A DNA stretch of 54,170 nt, filler included, from Dimargaris cristalligena (lineage: Eukaryota), in NCBI GenBank assembly GCA_003614675.1. It is 4 parts of 4 records of this genome, joined end to end, with 100 filler letters (N's around TTAATTAATTAA, not from the genome) between each part and the next. Parts side by side here need not be neighbours in the genome. Positions count along the whole stretch, not along the records: positions 27,228 to 40,675 come from ML002988.1; positions 40,776 to 54,170 come from ML002989.1; 2 more parts are not named here. One strand, 5' to 3'. This document shows, one piece after another, positions 36,724 through 48,603 of this stretch (positions within the stretch are counted from its first letter, which is position 1; each line of letters opens with the position of its first letter). The notes beneath the pieces are model-generated. The model made no database searches. It worked only from the letters and a program-made list of their open reading frames with translations, and had not been told where the DNA came from. The translations under genes and the position numbers were made by a program.

Positions 36724-36982
36724 TGTTGGAATGGTAAATTCGATGGTAAACGCAAGTGCCTTCGGATACCACTTAAAAAACTTAAAGAAGAGAGAAAGAA
36801 CCGCAAGGGGCAAAGCTAGATGTCCGCGGTTGGTTTTATTGAGTTGGAAATGGCAGTAATAATAATAGAAACGTTGTTTTGAGTATAAGAAGATTTAATC
36901 ATAGATATGGTATAGTCCCGAGTATAGGACGGACCAATCAGAGTGATGGAATTGGTGGGGCGGGAGAAATGAATTTCCAGCA
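36724..36982 (-). mobile_element. Solo LTR (259 bp), same family as 3027-3287
   Basis: Starts TGTTGGAAT, ends ATTTCCAGCA; collinear with 3027-3287. Flanks TACAT/TATAT form a 5-bp TSD with one C>T change. Confidence 0.88.
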
Positions 36983-38107
36983 TATATGTTCTTATCCATA
37001 ATTGCTAATATCATGACGAATAATCCCATTAGATGCTGGAATATCGTGTGCCTTTGTAGGTAAGTCTTGACGCTCCAAATAAGGATGCAAGAGGAGCTTT
37101 ATATAATTGCATCAATTAAGGAGGTGTAAACAAGGCCTTGGGACAGTCTTTAGTTTAGCCTTAATAAGTTGTCAGTTAAACAAGTGAAATGTGACGAAAT
37201 CGACGACTATTGATCATTTTGATTGTTTAAATGCCACTATTTCCCACTCAGATCTTGCTTTTTTATTCGGTCAACGCCCCTCTCACCATCAATCAGGAGG
37301 CCCCAACTTGGATGCCAGGGCACCCTGAAAAGGAGCCCGCGACCCCCAGTCGTATCCCAAAGCCTTGTGCCGTAGGATTGGATCCTAGTGGTAATATAGT
37401 TACGGAGTGACTAGGCTATTTCAAAGTTATGGCCACATGATTTGGTTTTCAAATACGTACGGATAGGCATTTATTGTTTGAACTATTCAACGCAGCTATA
37501 ATGAACTTTAGACGTACTGTAAAGTAGAAATTAAGTAAAAGGTATTAAAAATACCCTGTCATACTCGCCCTATTAAACTGGTGGTTTGTTATACAGCTGG
37601 GATGAGCGTCTCCCCTGTGGTGTTTACTAACATCTTAGCTACATGTCATCTACATGATATTTAATATTAAAATGATAAGGCCGCACAACATATTAGTAGA
37701 ATTAGCCAGGTTGGATGTTAGGAAGTATTTATTCATTAATCTGACTATAGTCAGCGAAAATTTCAAACAATCCAGAAGAAAACAGCATCAGCTGGGTATG
37801 AAAATAGTCGCCAGTTTGCGCCACAAATCGGGCTCATTAAAATCCTAGTAACTATATTAGGATATTGTCGTTTATTTCTACCATTATGGTTGTACGTAAC
37901 CCTGTTATATGACACTACACAGTACGTGAAGTAGTCAAGGCACCTCCTGCTGAATGTAACTTGTCGGGATTTACACTTCGTTGAAAAATGAGACTTCGTA
38001 GAATTGCGCATAGTCATTTGGTGAGGGAGACTACCAGAGCTGGGGATGAGTATGTTTCGTACTACTAACGGGGTTACCCCATGGCGCTATTTGAACCAGT
38101 ATATCTA

Positions 38108-38380
38108 CTAGTAGGTTTTTTTCATGACAAAGGCTTTCGAGCGATAAAACTTAACTCCTGCGGCACCGCGGGGGCGGAAAACCTGTCTTTTTGAAATATG
38201 GGTTTGAACACCGGCATTGCTTTGCTGACTGGACTGGTCCAGGAGAGCAGCGTTGCGGCGGGTGAAATGGTTAGACCGTTGAGATATGGCCTCTATGACA
38301 TTATGTGGGGCAAATGCCATAGTTGTGAAGACATGAAATGCGCCCAGAAGCAAAACCATCTTGGTCGATATGAACGCCAT
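38108..38380 (-). CDS. Small secreted prepropeptide (90 aa) with Kex2 site and cationic C-terminal peptide
   Basis: Signal MAFISTKMVLLLGAFHVFTTMA, Q/S/N-rich pro-region, SKR|QVFRPRGAAGVKFYRSKAFVMKKTY. TATA-like element at 38534-38542 (minus). Confidence 0.65.
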   Translation of the reverse strand: MAFISTKMVLLLGAFHVFTTMAFAPHNVIEAISQRSNHFTRRNAALLDQSSQQSNAGVQTHISKRQVFRPRGAAGVKFYRSKAFVMKKTY

Positions 38381-40675
38381 AGTTAGAGAGAAATGATAGG
38401 ACGAAGTAATGGAGTGCGTTAATAGCCTGCCTTTTAAGTAGTTATAATTAATTGTATATAAGGCGACGATAATAGGAAATGGGGCATAAAAAGATAATTT
38501 TGATAATGTTTTCGGAGAAGACTGCCGCTTTTATTATATATAATTTAGCCAACCACTCGACATAGCGCCATGACAATGCTGGACTTTGGTTTTAAGCTGC
38601 GTGGCGCATTATTTTGGCTAAAGCCGGTTAATTATTAGGCCGCCATGGGAAGACCCCCTGTCTTTACAACCACACCACTTGCTGATCTTTATGATTCGGT
38701 GCCCAACGGGCTCACTTTCGATGCCCTCGTCTTTCCCCTCTTCTATATCCCTCACGCAAGTCTCACACTATGGAAATTGAATTACGCTGTTTAAATAGGT
38801 TACCCATCGATAAACATGTAGTTGGAAAAAATATGTAAGCCAATGGGAAAAATATATTCACTCTCAGCCCGTCGTCTCCCTTAGCCCATTCATACTTAAT
38901 ATCGAGTGTTAGGATAATGAATCATCAGATCTCTTTGCTGATATTTAGATTGAACCAACTTAGCGTATGAGTTTAGCTCAAATTCTCCAGTATACAAAGA
39001 ATGCAAATGTATTGGAAAAATGGGCGCTTTGTTGTATCGGTAGAATATAGCCCCTTGAGAAGAGCATGCAGCGATTTGCGGCATTCACGTACAAGCGTAC
39101 CGTTGGGCCGACTAACAGATCGGAGCACGGGGAGGGGGGGTCTATACAAGAGGACGAATGGCTGTCTTGGAAGTGGTAACAAAGATGACCCGCCTTGGCG
39201 AACTCCGGCTGTTTAAAAAAAACAGCGTCTCATCCTTTTAGGGAGCTGTGGTATATTGTAGATATCGCCAACCCATACCCTTCGCAATGCGTGTCTAAAT
39301 ATAGGTCCATTTTTTTAATATAGACCTTTAAATAAAAGAAGTGGGCAGTCTAATATAAACAGTTCGGAATACAACAATGTCAACCCTTGATGACCGAACT
39401 CCGGCTGTGACCCTACCCAACACAACTAGGGCTATGGTACAGGCGACTAGATGTAATATAAGCGCCAGCGCCATATGGTTTATGCCACCCCCATTCAGTC
39501 TAGTGACTCTTAAACCCTTAAAGATATTCTAGTAACTTCTTGAGATATAGGCTTCCTATAAACTCGACTACCTGCACTCTTATTTTCGCCAGATGTCCAT
39601 CCAATTCAAATATCTTATTATTAGCGACTGTTAATACTGCATCACCGGAGGTGCCTAGTACTGACCAGATATTCTTTGCGACCGGGGACTCGACTAGGCC
39701 ACTACAAGTGCCTATTCTACCCATAACAATTGAACCCCTCGATGCTACTACGAGGGTACCAACCGTAGTACCACTCAGCACATTACCACGACGCCGTGCT
39801 CGAATCTACCATAATACTGGGTCTATGTCCCCTCCATATGCCATGCTAGACCCATGTGCTAACCTTATGCCGTCCTTGAGATTTGCCTTACAAACTTACT
39901 ATCGGGAACATCAAATATTCCAGTATAAAATTGAACCGTTGGTGTGCTCTAATACGGACCCTCAGATGACTATAATCCAATCTGCTCCATATCACCATAC
40001 AATCACTGGTTATCATTGTGTGTTCTTCTTTTTAGTGCTGTCAATAAATTACTCCATCTTAGCTACTCACTATAATATATATTCGCAAGTAGCAATACCA
40101 AACTATTCGGGGATTCCGTATACAATATATTGGTTTTATGCCAAGAACATGCCTTTTTCCATGAGTAATTCCTCAGGCAAATAGCCCTAGGAAACAAAAA
40201 GCCATGTGATTTGGTGTGATAATTAGGAAGAACAGGGGCCATCAGACAATTAAAAGAGTATTTTTGTCATTTGGAGAATTTCCAATAGATATAAAAGTGG
40301 CCAATACCTAGGGATAACATGCTATAAGTCACTAAAAATTAAGGGAAGTGAGGCGTTTTTTAAGATATTAGTCGACAAGACTGATGTAGTTAATAGATCG
40401 CGAGTTGGCTAGGAGGTGTAGATACAGATGGCATTGGTGATGGAAGTGACCTCAGCTTTATATAGCCGGGTAGATTGGCTGGCAAGGGCAAGAAGAAGGC
40501 CAAGCTGATACTGGAAGACCCTATTAAAAGATATCGTGTATAAATATTTAATAGTGAATTTGGAATGTTAGAAGCGAATGAGAATGAGCGTGGCTTATTA
40601 ATTGAGTGGGTATAATAGTAGTAATTAATAATAGTAGAGGTAGAAGCGGTGGGATTGCTAGTAAACTAAGGAGAC

Positions 40676-40775
40676 NNNNNNNNNNNNNNNNNNNNNNNNN
40701 NNNNNNNNNNNNNNNNNNNTTAATTAATTAANNNNNNNNNNNNNNNNNNNNNNNNNNNNNNNNNNNNNNNNNNNN
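40676..40775. other. Artificial contig linker
   Basis: N-run + TTAATTAATTAA + N-run, 100 nt. Confidence 0.98.
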
Positions 40776-41956
40776 CTCTCAATTCGATGTTGCATGCAAA
40801 CCTTGGTCGCACTGCTGCGTTTATTCTCTCACCCAACTGCAAGTCTTATTGCCATTCCAATCACCAAATACTGATGGGCGAAGGGCTAATCTCCTATACC
40901 ACCACCATTCCCTCCACCATCTCCCCCTAATGTTCCATTTGATAGGGGGGTGATCCCCCACGACTAGCCTGGCCCAAACCTGACGGCCAGTTTCCCAACA
41001 TATGAAATTATCGTCAACGCGGTTGGCCACTTGCAAAACCCTCCCCCATGGATGAGAGTGGTTCGTACCAAGTAAAAAATCCTTCAACTGACGGCGAAGT
41101 ATAACAGCAACAGACTAGCGGTATGCAGCCCACTTATTACAATGATATCACTTATTCAGGGTCCACTACCCACTCCTCCGCCGCTTACCAGAAATAAATA
41201 AAACCCGCCAAGGGTGCACTACGAAATTAGTCTCCATCCCACTGGGCCATCGTGGCTGCATGACCCCTCTGTTATGACCAGGGGATGATGGGCCCCGTAT
41301 GAAAAAGTCCAAGGAATACCAATTGCCTAAATTAGACATTGGGATCTACCCGCTACTGTCATCACAGCCCCATGTATATGAAACGGGTGATCATGCCCCT
41401 GAATCGCGTTAATCCGCCTAATGCAACTGGGGTCCAAACCCCGGCCCATTGATTACTATCATTCCCGGCCTCTCCATTTCATGCTTATTAATTAAGGCAG
41501 ATAGCAGAGAAGTATTTGATAAATAACACCACCACCTCTTCCTTCTTCGTCGACCCGGGTTGGGTTGAATAGTGTTCCACATTTGAGGTCTCATCAATAA
41601 CCGACCAAGTGGTACTTCCAAGCCATCATCTATTGGACTGGTCAATGAATCTCCTCTCCTTATCCCGTGACCGATTCCGGTGACCTTACTTTTCTGAATC
41701 CTCATTCCGATGACTCGATACGGTTTTCCCTGTAGTATATTGAATGGGCGCTAGAATCAAACATCCCTGTTCGGGGACCAAGCCTGCCATCGTAAACCGC
41801 CCATGATCAATATGATTCACCCAATGGCTTCCCAAGGCTCATCAACTGACTTCACTAGCTGTGGAAGGGATAGCTGGGAGTAGTTTGGAAATAAAAAATA
41901 GAAATCACGCCTATCGCTGTTTGTTAAACTGTGGTTGAATTCATTTTACCCAACGA

Positions 41957-44270
41957 TCACAAGGGAAGGAATAACCTCCCCCCTCCTACAAGCTTCAGAA
42001 AGCCCGCGCACGTCGCTGGTAGTGAATGGGAGTGTGAAGATCCTGAAGCTGCAAAGTCCGATGGATTTATCGGCTGTGTGGGCGTTGAAGACGAGCAGGG
42101 CGATGAACATGGCAACGTCATATAAAGACTCGGCACTGTAGTCATCTCTTTAATAAAGTCGGTCAGGAGACGGTCAAGGCGCGGTGACCCATTGGGACAT
42201 TGGTGCAACATATTTAAAAAGTCCTGCAATTTCAGAGTCGAGGGAGTCATCAAATCCATCTCCTTTACCTCTACCTCCCCCGCTTTATTCTTCCCCTTTT
42301 CCCCCGACCAGGATAGTAATGGTACTACAGGGCCAAAGGTCAAACTGGATTGGAAGCACCGTCGGGCCTTCAGTTCGCATTCGAGTTTAGCCGCCAATCC
42401 CGGCCATGCAAGCCGGGTCTTAGGCTCAATATAGTCAAACGGCATTGGGGCACAGATGTCCTGCGTGGTGGCTACGGTGGAATCCAGGTTAATGACCACA
42501 CGTTGCCGGCCCCCGGGCACATAAATGGTCTCACCGGGGTGATGCAGGCCCTCGACGATACCGATGAGACTACCCAGGGTATGGCGACGAAACCGTAGAG
42601 CCAACTGGTGGGCGTCGTGGAAATCCACACACGGTCCGTAGCCGTACCACGCCCCGTAGCGTTGGAAGAAATCCGGGGTGGGGGGTTGGTGGAACTTGGG
42701 TAGCACGTGGTAGAACCAACTGGTGACTTCACGGTCGAACGCTTCCATAGAGGGGGGGTCGACCAATTCGCGCGGGGTGCGGGGTGGGAAGAGGGCCCAG
42801 CGTTTACGGGTCACTAGTAAACTGTTCCAGGCACTCGTACCGAGGGGGTTGAAATGGAATCCCGTGCCAGTCTGGGCGGGTCCTATTACAAATCAGCGGA
42901 AGGGGGGCGGCGGCTACGACCCATTAGATAAAAGAGATCCTCGCGGAAGTATTTGGGGACAACAAAGTCGTGTAGAAGTTCGGCTTTAGAAGCCAGCCCC
43001 CCCCCCTGTGTCGGCTCGCCATCACCACTTTCGCTATCATTTTTCTCTTCCTCCCTATTCTCTGCTCTCCACTTCGTCCCAGCGGAAGCCAAGAAAGAGT
43101 TAGTGGCATTGACGGAAATAGGTGAATCGGCTGGAGTAAGCGTGCTATGGGTATGGGTAGGTTTGAGTCGCTTGGCTGGAATGCCAGATGCCCCATCGTC
43201 TTGGGACTCCGTTGGGGAGTTACGACGAGTGGAAGCCCCCGAGTTCAAGGCCGTAGACGAGGTCATTCCAGCGGGGATCACCGGGTCCGGTTCCGATGCA
43301 GTCGAGGCATCGCCGTTTCTTCCCACAGGAAGAGCGGAGGGGGAGGTCTTTAAGCTACCCTTGGTCACCGTGTTCCGTTGGGTATCCTTGAGGTTGCAGT
43401 CAAATCTATACAACGGACTATCGTCGCGGTGGACATCCTCCCGCACACATCGGATAAAATATCTGAATTTCAGATACGCATTATGTTCGTCGTCATCTTC
43501 GCCTACCTTAAACTTTTTATTTCCGAATCGGGTCTCCAATCGCTCCAGGGTGGCCCACCGTTCCGCCGCGGGCCAGGCCCCCGTGGCCCCAGTGATCATC
43601 ACGGGTAGTTGGGTATTGGGAGCCTGGAAATAATCAATAAACTCCTGCTCATTGACTTGGTTGTTAGCAATGCGGGGTATGGCGTCCTGCGTGGTTTCGA
43701 GCTAGAAAACATGGCTGGCGAACTTGAAGCGGACCCATTCGTCGATTTTCAATTCTATATATAATCAGTTTCCGGAAAGTGCAATAGAGGGGGTGCGTGT
43801 GAGTATATAGCTAATTGGGCGAAGGGAAACCATATTATATAACAGTCCAGTAACCGGTAGATCGGGGCTGTTCATCTATAGGCAAACGGATGTACCGATA
43901 ATCAATACAGACACTCGCAACTCGATAAAACTCGAGGTTGCCCAGCCCTTTTCAGCTCAATATTACCGCTTGTAAATGGCCATAGGACCGAAGCGCCAGC
44001 AACGCAGAGTAGGGGCGTAGGTCAGTTGTTCACCGGGCATTGGTTAATATAGGATACTGCTCAATTTACCAAAGCTCAAAAGTATACTACCTGAAAGACC
44101 TCGCCGCTGGCATTTACGGATTTTGACATAGTAATGCCTGCCTTTCTTCTGGCCTTTTTTGGAATGTCGAATAGTGCGGGGGTCTTGGGAAATCCCTTAG
44201 GCTTTATAAGGAAAAGGGTGTGGTCCGTCGGCTTTTGGTCTATTAGGGTCAAGGGAACCAAGTACTCGGC
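41957..44270 (-). pseudogene. JMJD6: JMJD6-like JmjC oxygenase pseudogene (intron 43755-44090)
   Basis: Motifs FKVGEDDD, DDSPLY, VPKYFREDLF, PLGTSAWN, KRWALFPP, PGETIYVPGG. In-frame TAG at 43702-43704, 1-nt frameshift in the run at 42902-42907, W>TGA at 42893-42895, HxD changed to HFN, WWH changed to RQR. 5' boundary approximate. Confidence 0.88.
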
Positions 44271-46206
44271 TTATACTCGGGAGGGGGTGGGGTTGAAATA
44301 ATAGCATATATTAAAAACCATAGGCGTCCAAAACAAGCTGGGTCATTATAAGGGTTGCCCATTCGCATAGTCATTGTTATATAATTGAATTAACCTAGTT
44401 GCAGTGCGGCCGACGTGATGCAAATGTAAAGTATTTACAGCTTCTTATATTATGCAATATCAATCTGGTAGCAGTGGAAAACTATCATCTATTGTCGCAC
44501 TTCAAAGGGAGTTGAAATAAATAGTGAAGTAAACCAAGGAAGGTATATTGGCTAATAAGTCCATGAGCTAATATGGGTTTACCCTTGGCTGAAATAATTA
44601 TATGGGACATTCGAGGATATGCAAAACAGTCCTAACTTTCGCAATTCTTTGTAAGACATGGCAGACAAGTCCATTGGTGTATATTGTTATAAATTCCTAA
44701 CCCAAGACAAATAAATCATGATCTTCCCCATTCACTATTGTATTCAAGCATTGTTACTAATTCCAACCTACATATCGGAGATTTTTACATTATAAGGAAC
44801 CTGCTTGGTATTGTACACAATGCCCAAATGAATATTTGCCGTATTGATTAGAATTGACCATGGTTTACCATACTAGGCATTGCATAGTTCTACATTCATA
44901 TAATTATAGTTTGGGTACTGCCCTGACGTATGAAAAAGTCCACGTCAACTATTTCAGGCTGGTCACCAAAATCCATCATTTTTAATAGTAGTTGGTGAGT
45001 AAGCAAAGCCCAGTAATGAATCGTTTGTTTTACAGTAACCAGATAGTGATAATTTGCCAATGTCATAGTTTATACATCGGCTGAACTTTCTAATACCACA
45101 TTTTGTAGAAGAAGACGAATAACAATATTCTATGGGGTGTTATAGGTGCATAGGTACAGTGGTGCTAGGTATAGTTAAATACCCCATCTAAGGAATCTAG
45201 TCAGATGAGGGCAAGAGGTTCTATGTTGTCCTTGTAATCAGGAATTGGCATGGGTGCATCTGGGTGAAAAAAAGTCCGATTTTAGGGGATCCTTAATGAA
45301 ATAGAAAAGAGAGAGTAGGGGGTACCTTTTAACCCGATAAAGTTGAATCAGACGGGTATTTTGGTATACAGCAGGACACAGTCTGTCCCACTAGTTAAAA
45401 TACCGAGGGTCACCACTGAGCAATGGACCATTATGACAGTCAGATAAAACAAATAGGAAAAAGTAGCCCCCAAATAAATCAGCCATAGTCAACATAGCAC
45501 ATATTTTATTGTATACTATTTAGCCAGTGGAAGTTATCAGAAAAAGGGCAATATCAAAAAAAAATCTCTTAGAAAACACAGGCATACACCTGGAAAATAT
45601 GCTATATATGATGGAGCTTATAATTCCTATTTTTAAAATGTGAATAATTGCGAAATTGTATATGCCTATAAGTAGAAATGACTACCCTGCATCAAGCCCA
45701 AATAAGAACATGGCTATTAGTGATGGCAGTTGCTGAAATATAGAGGGCCTTTTCAGTTAGTTTAATGGTGCCTAATATATTGGTATCTTATAATTATACC
45801 AATAGGCTGAAAATGAAATATCAATAAGTTGATATGTAGTGTATTTGCAGTTACTGACTGTTACCCAGGTTAACTACTCTTAGTCCATTAAGAGTCCCAA
45901 AGATAGGCTTCTAATGGTAGGTGGGGCTTAGACTTGGCTAAGTGGGCTACTAGTGTCAGGTACAGGCACAGTACTAACTAATAAAGGCTAAATGGCAGGG
46001 ATATACAAGGGTTATGCAGTGGGCACACTTACTAGTCAGTAAAAGGGGATGAGCATATATAGAGTTTATTAAGGTAAACTAGGGGGTAAGAATAAGCTAA
46101 GTAATCTAACTAGTCCCAATGGGGCCAGGGTATATATATATAGGGATGGTTCCAGAGGGAGGTCCCAAGGAAAGGATACTACTAAGACTAAGGTATAGGT
46201 AAACAG

Positions 46207-46416
46207 ATTGCCTAGATGGTAGCCAGAAGAGTCTTTGGATTAGTACTTAAGTAATTAGTGTGAATAGGCAGAGACCGGAAGGGGGGGAGAATTATATAAT
46301 ATAGGATGATCCTATAGTACCAGGGGTAACCATGGGAAGGTTAATATGGCACTATAAGGCCTAATATGGTTAGCTACTTAATCTGGCTAGATTAAGATGG
46401 ATTAGATGGGCTGACA
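46207..46416. repeat. Dispersed degenerate repeat, copy B (homologous to 195-403)
   Basis: Collinear with 195-403. Sits within 45653-46868, where I see only one CpG. Confidence 0.8.
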
Positions 46417-48603
46417 AAGCCATTACTAGACTAGGAATAATGGCCCCCTAAGTATAATAAACTGATAGTTGACTTACTATAGTAATAGTGGAGGTTGAAA
46501 AGGAGAATGGGAAGCCTAAATGGTGAATTATCCATTGGATGTTAAATTCCATGCTGGATTAAATAACAGAGTCAGATCCCCAATAAATTTTTGGATTACC
46601 AATGTTGGCCTGGTTCTTCAAAATGTGACTACTTCTGTTTGGCTGCAGTCATACACTTGTAATATCATTTAGGTTAGGCAGCATTTCCCCTATTTTTTTT
46701 GTGCCATTGCATTGGCATCTAACAAGGCCATGGTATGCTTTAGTTAAAAACAAAACTTTGTAAACAATGGACTGGCATGCACATGATTATGGTATAGGTG
46801 TTTTTTAGGGGAAGCACTTATAGTTGCAGTACTTAAATCTTTGAACTATTGCAACTTAGTTCCCAAGGCGACTATTTAAACACCTTTTACCTAGAAGGCC
46901 GCCCCACACCATGGTGGCCATAATCAATTATCATCTCTTGATTCACTAACCACAACCATGATTGCTTACCTTGTTCTAGTGCAGCAGTAGTTATTCTTTA
47001 CATTGATTTCTCATCAAGTGAGGTGGTAGTGCTTGACAATTGTGGATGATCTCAGATATTTTCACCTCTCTCCCACATGGTTTAGTATCTGTTCATCATC
47101 CTCCATTACCTTCCTTTACTTTGGCCTTCTTTCAATAAATAGACTAACCCAACCTATATATGCTAAATGTATTTCATTTTAATTAGGGAATTCCCAATTA
47201 CAAATATAAAGCAAAGCACATGGGCCGCAGTCCTGGGCACCAACAATTTATATCTAGTGTTCTATCCCATATAAATCCCAAGCCTTCTTTTGTATTTGTT
47301 TGATTCTTTTCCATCAGGAATAGACAGCTACTATTCCCTCATTTACCCACCGAGTTTTCAGCTTCTTAACCTCTTAAAAACATTATATATAAAAGGGTAT
47401 TCCAGACTATAGTTAAGGTAGTTATTATTCATTATAGCCTGCAATGTTTTATTGGTAAATGCATACCATAGTTTGACATTGGAAAATATACAATGGCTAA
47501 CCACTGTCGCCTGGCCGCTATTAACATCCATAAATTTTTCTCTATTCCCCTATATTCGTGGCATTCCTTGTAATCATAGCTTCTAAACTGAATTATAGGA
47601 TACGCGAGTCTGGAAGGGGAGGTCCGCCCTATCAACCGGTTCATCTGGGATTGTAGCCGGGAAGGCCGGAGCAATGGCGTTGATGATGACAATACCAATA
47701 GGAACGAAATGTGATGATTATAACAAGTAATAAACCATCTATAAAAGGAGATCGAACACATCTGCCAGGTTGAACCAATATTAGCCAACTCAAGGGAAAA
47801 TAGCTACTTCCGTTTTCACCCTCGGCGATTCCTTCTCTAATGAACTGTCGGGCAATAAGTTTTCAAGAGATATGTCCAAGGCGGGTTTATATATGATAAA
47901 TCAATAGAAATACTTGGGAGCAAATGATCAAAACTATAACAAAGCGGACAATATATTCGGACACTAGGTTAAGCTCCTGGTCGCACTTGTGCTCCCCACT
48001 TTAGAGGGAAAAGATCGGTGGGTTTATATCCACCGGACAGCAAACCTATTAGAAACGATTTAAGTGCTGTCCACGCGGTCACCAACAAAACGGTACTTCG
48101 TTGGGCGTTGATGGGTACACCTCTGTCGCAACAGCGTAGTTAATTATAGAAATCTCTTTAAAGCAGATAAAATCAATTAAAAACATGACTCTCCCCAATC
48201 CTGCATTGTGCAGCTGTACATAACGACAGTTAAAATAAACGATTGTAGCACCCAGGGACAAAGCGTATAGAGAGCATCAATGATTTGCCGGATTGGTTGA
48301 CAATAGCAATACAAGAAGGACTCCGCCGTGCCTCCTTCTGGCCCACACCAAGATTCGCTCTTCACACCTGGTTGCAATGGCCTTCTGCCAAGGCCGCCTG
48401 TCTACATCCTCCGCTCAGCTGTGCCTTGTTTCCCAATCGCAGTGTACATTTTTATATAAGTCACTTTTCCCCCGCATTCCTGTTGTACTCATTGTCAATT
48501 CCTTTATTAGATAACCTTAAGCTACTGGCATCAGCCCGCCCGTCCCTCCGCCATCCCGCATCTACTTTTTGCTTACCCCCCAGCACCAATTAACCACATT
48601 GCC

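Noticed and set aside
46970-47788. Apparent decayed ORF on the minus strand
   Set aside because: Stop density is about what AT-rich random sequence gives; no recognisable motif.
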